NCBI RefSeq assembly: GCF_963921235.1
Contig: NC_086110.1
Span: forward strand, 9,176,001-9,240,000
DNA: 64,000 nucleotides
Direction: 5' to 3'
Origin: Mobula hypostoma
Lineage: Eukaryota
The position numbers and the translations under genes were made by a program. Position 1 is the first letter of the stretch. The number at the start of each line of letters is the position of its first letter. Shown here in pieces: positions 62,970 to 64,000 of the stretch. The notes under the pieces are model-generated. The model was not told the origin of the DNA. It saw nothing but the letters and a program-made list of their open reading frames with translations, and searched no databases.

Positions 62970-64000
62970 AAGGTCAAGACCTATACCTCTGTTTCATTGA
63001 CTACACAAAAGCCTTTGACACAGTGAAACACCAAGTCATCATCAAAATGTTTAAGGATATTAATATCGACGGAAAAGATCTAAGAATAATCAAGAATCTC
63101 TACTGGCAACAAAGTGTATCCATACGGACGGAAAACGAGATTGGTGAATATCAACCAATAAAGCGAGGTGTCAGACAGGGTTGTGTTCCATCACCAGACC
63201 CGCTCTCCCTGTACAGAGAAAACATCATGAGAACCACACAAGACCCATCTGGAATTAGTATAGGAGGATACAATATCAACAACCTCCGTTATGCGGATGA
63301 TACGGTACTGAGAGCAACCAGTGAAGTAAATTTACAGAAACTAGTATCTACCATCAACACAGAGTGCGAAAGACTTGGCCTAACCTTAAACAAAATGAAA
63401 AATGAAGTAATGGTAATATCAAAGAAACCTGATATCACAAACTGCAGGGTCGTATTGGGAAATGAAATCCTGAAACAAGTCCACAACTTCAATTACCTTG
63501 GATCATGGGTAACATCTGATGGCAAATGCGAAACAGACATAAAAGCAAGAATAGCAATGGAAAGAACAGCATTTACAGAAATGAGAAACGTCTTATGAGA
63601 AAATAGCAATTGATATCCGCCTTAGAACTCTCAGCTGCTATATTCTTCCTATATTGATGTATGGCTGAGGGTCATGGACCATCACAAATGCAATGGAAAA
63701 AAGAATCAATGCTGCAGAGATGTGGTTACTTAGAAGAATGCTACGCATATCATATACGGACGGGCTAACCAACGAAGAAGTTCTACAGAGAACGAAAACA
63801 AAACGTACATTACTTAAAAAAATCAGAAAACAGCAATCAAAATTCTTTGGACACATCATGCGAAAAGAGACATTAGAACATTTAGTTATAGTTGGAATGA
63901 AAAAGCAGAGACAGACAGAATGAAAATGATAGATGGATTAATATCATGGTTAGAAACAGGGGAGGCAACAAATTCAATTCGGAGTGTCAGAGCCCGTGAT
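62970..64000 (+). mobile_element. RTE-clade LINE, 5'-truncated RT region, runs off the window
   Basis: LYLCFIDYTKAFD...KRGVRQGC...NINNLRYADDTVL...FNYLGS, then KRINAAEMWLLRRMLRIS...FFGHIMR. Stop and frameshift at 63596-63598. Confidence 0.9.

Overview
Eukaryotic (vertebrate) genomic DNA. The repeat families (CR1 LINEs with a (TATGTTTC)n tail, fish-type L1, RTE, Rex1/Babar-like 3' end, Tc1 remnant) suggest a cartilaginous fish, probably a ray; that assignment is inference from recalled repeat families. About 72% of the window (1-41552 and 45664-46229) is one AT-rich tandem satellite of roughly 250 monomers of 163-168 bp. It is layered: a proximal zone with a near-invariant core and a shuffled variable cassette, an 8-monomer higher-order repeat (about 1324 bp), an 18-monomer duplication (2987 bp), and a diverged edge. 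The edge holds a two-LTR Ty3/Gypsy insertion (41553-45663, minus strand, CTTT target-site duplication (TSD), frameshifted). The array ends exactly at a CR1 3' tail that shares GAAACAT with the monomer. The rest is a nested transposon graveyard: a truncated Gmr1-like LTR element with integrase upstream of RT, a near-full-length L1 split by a solo LTR just after YADD, CR1, SINE, Rex1-like, Tc1 and RTE fragments, and a second solo LTR. One clean host exon (immunoglobulin C1-set domain, minus strand, 61311-61595) is present. I found no CRISPR or prokaryotic system and no convincing new protein-coding system. The best leads are the satellite's constant/variable and nested higher-order architecture, the CR1-satellite microhomology junction, the Gmr1-type element and the orphan Ig C1 exon. 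All counts were made by eye.
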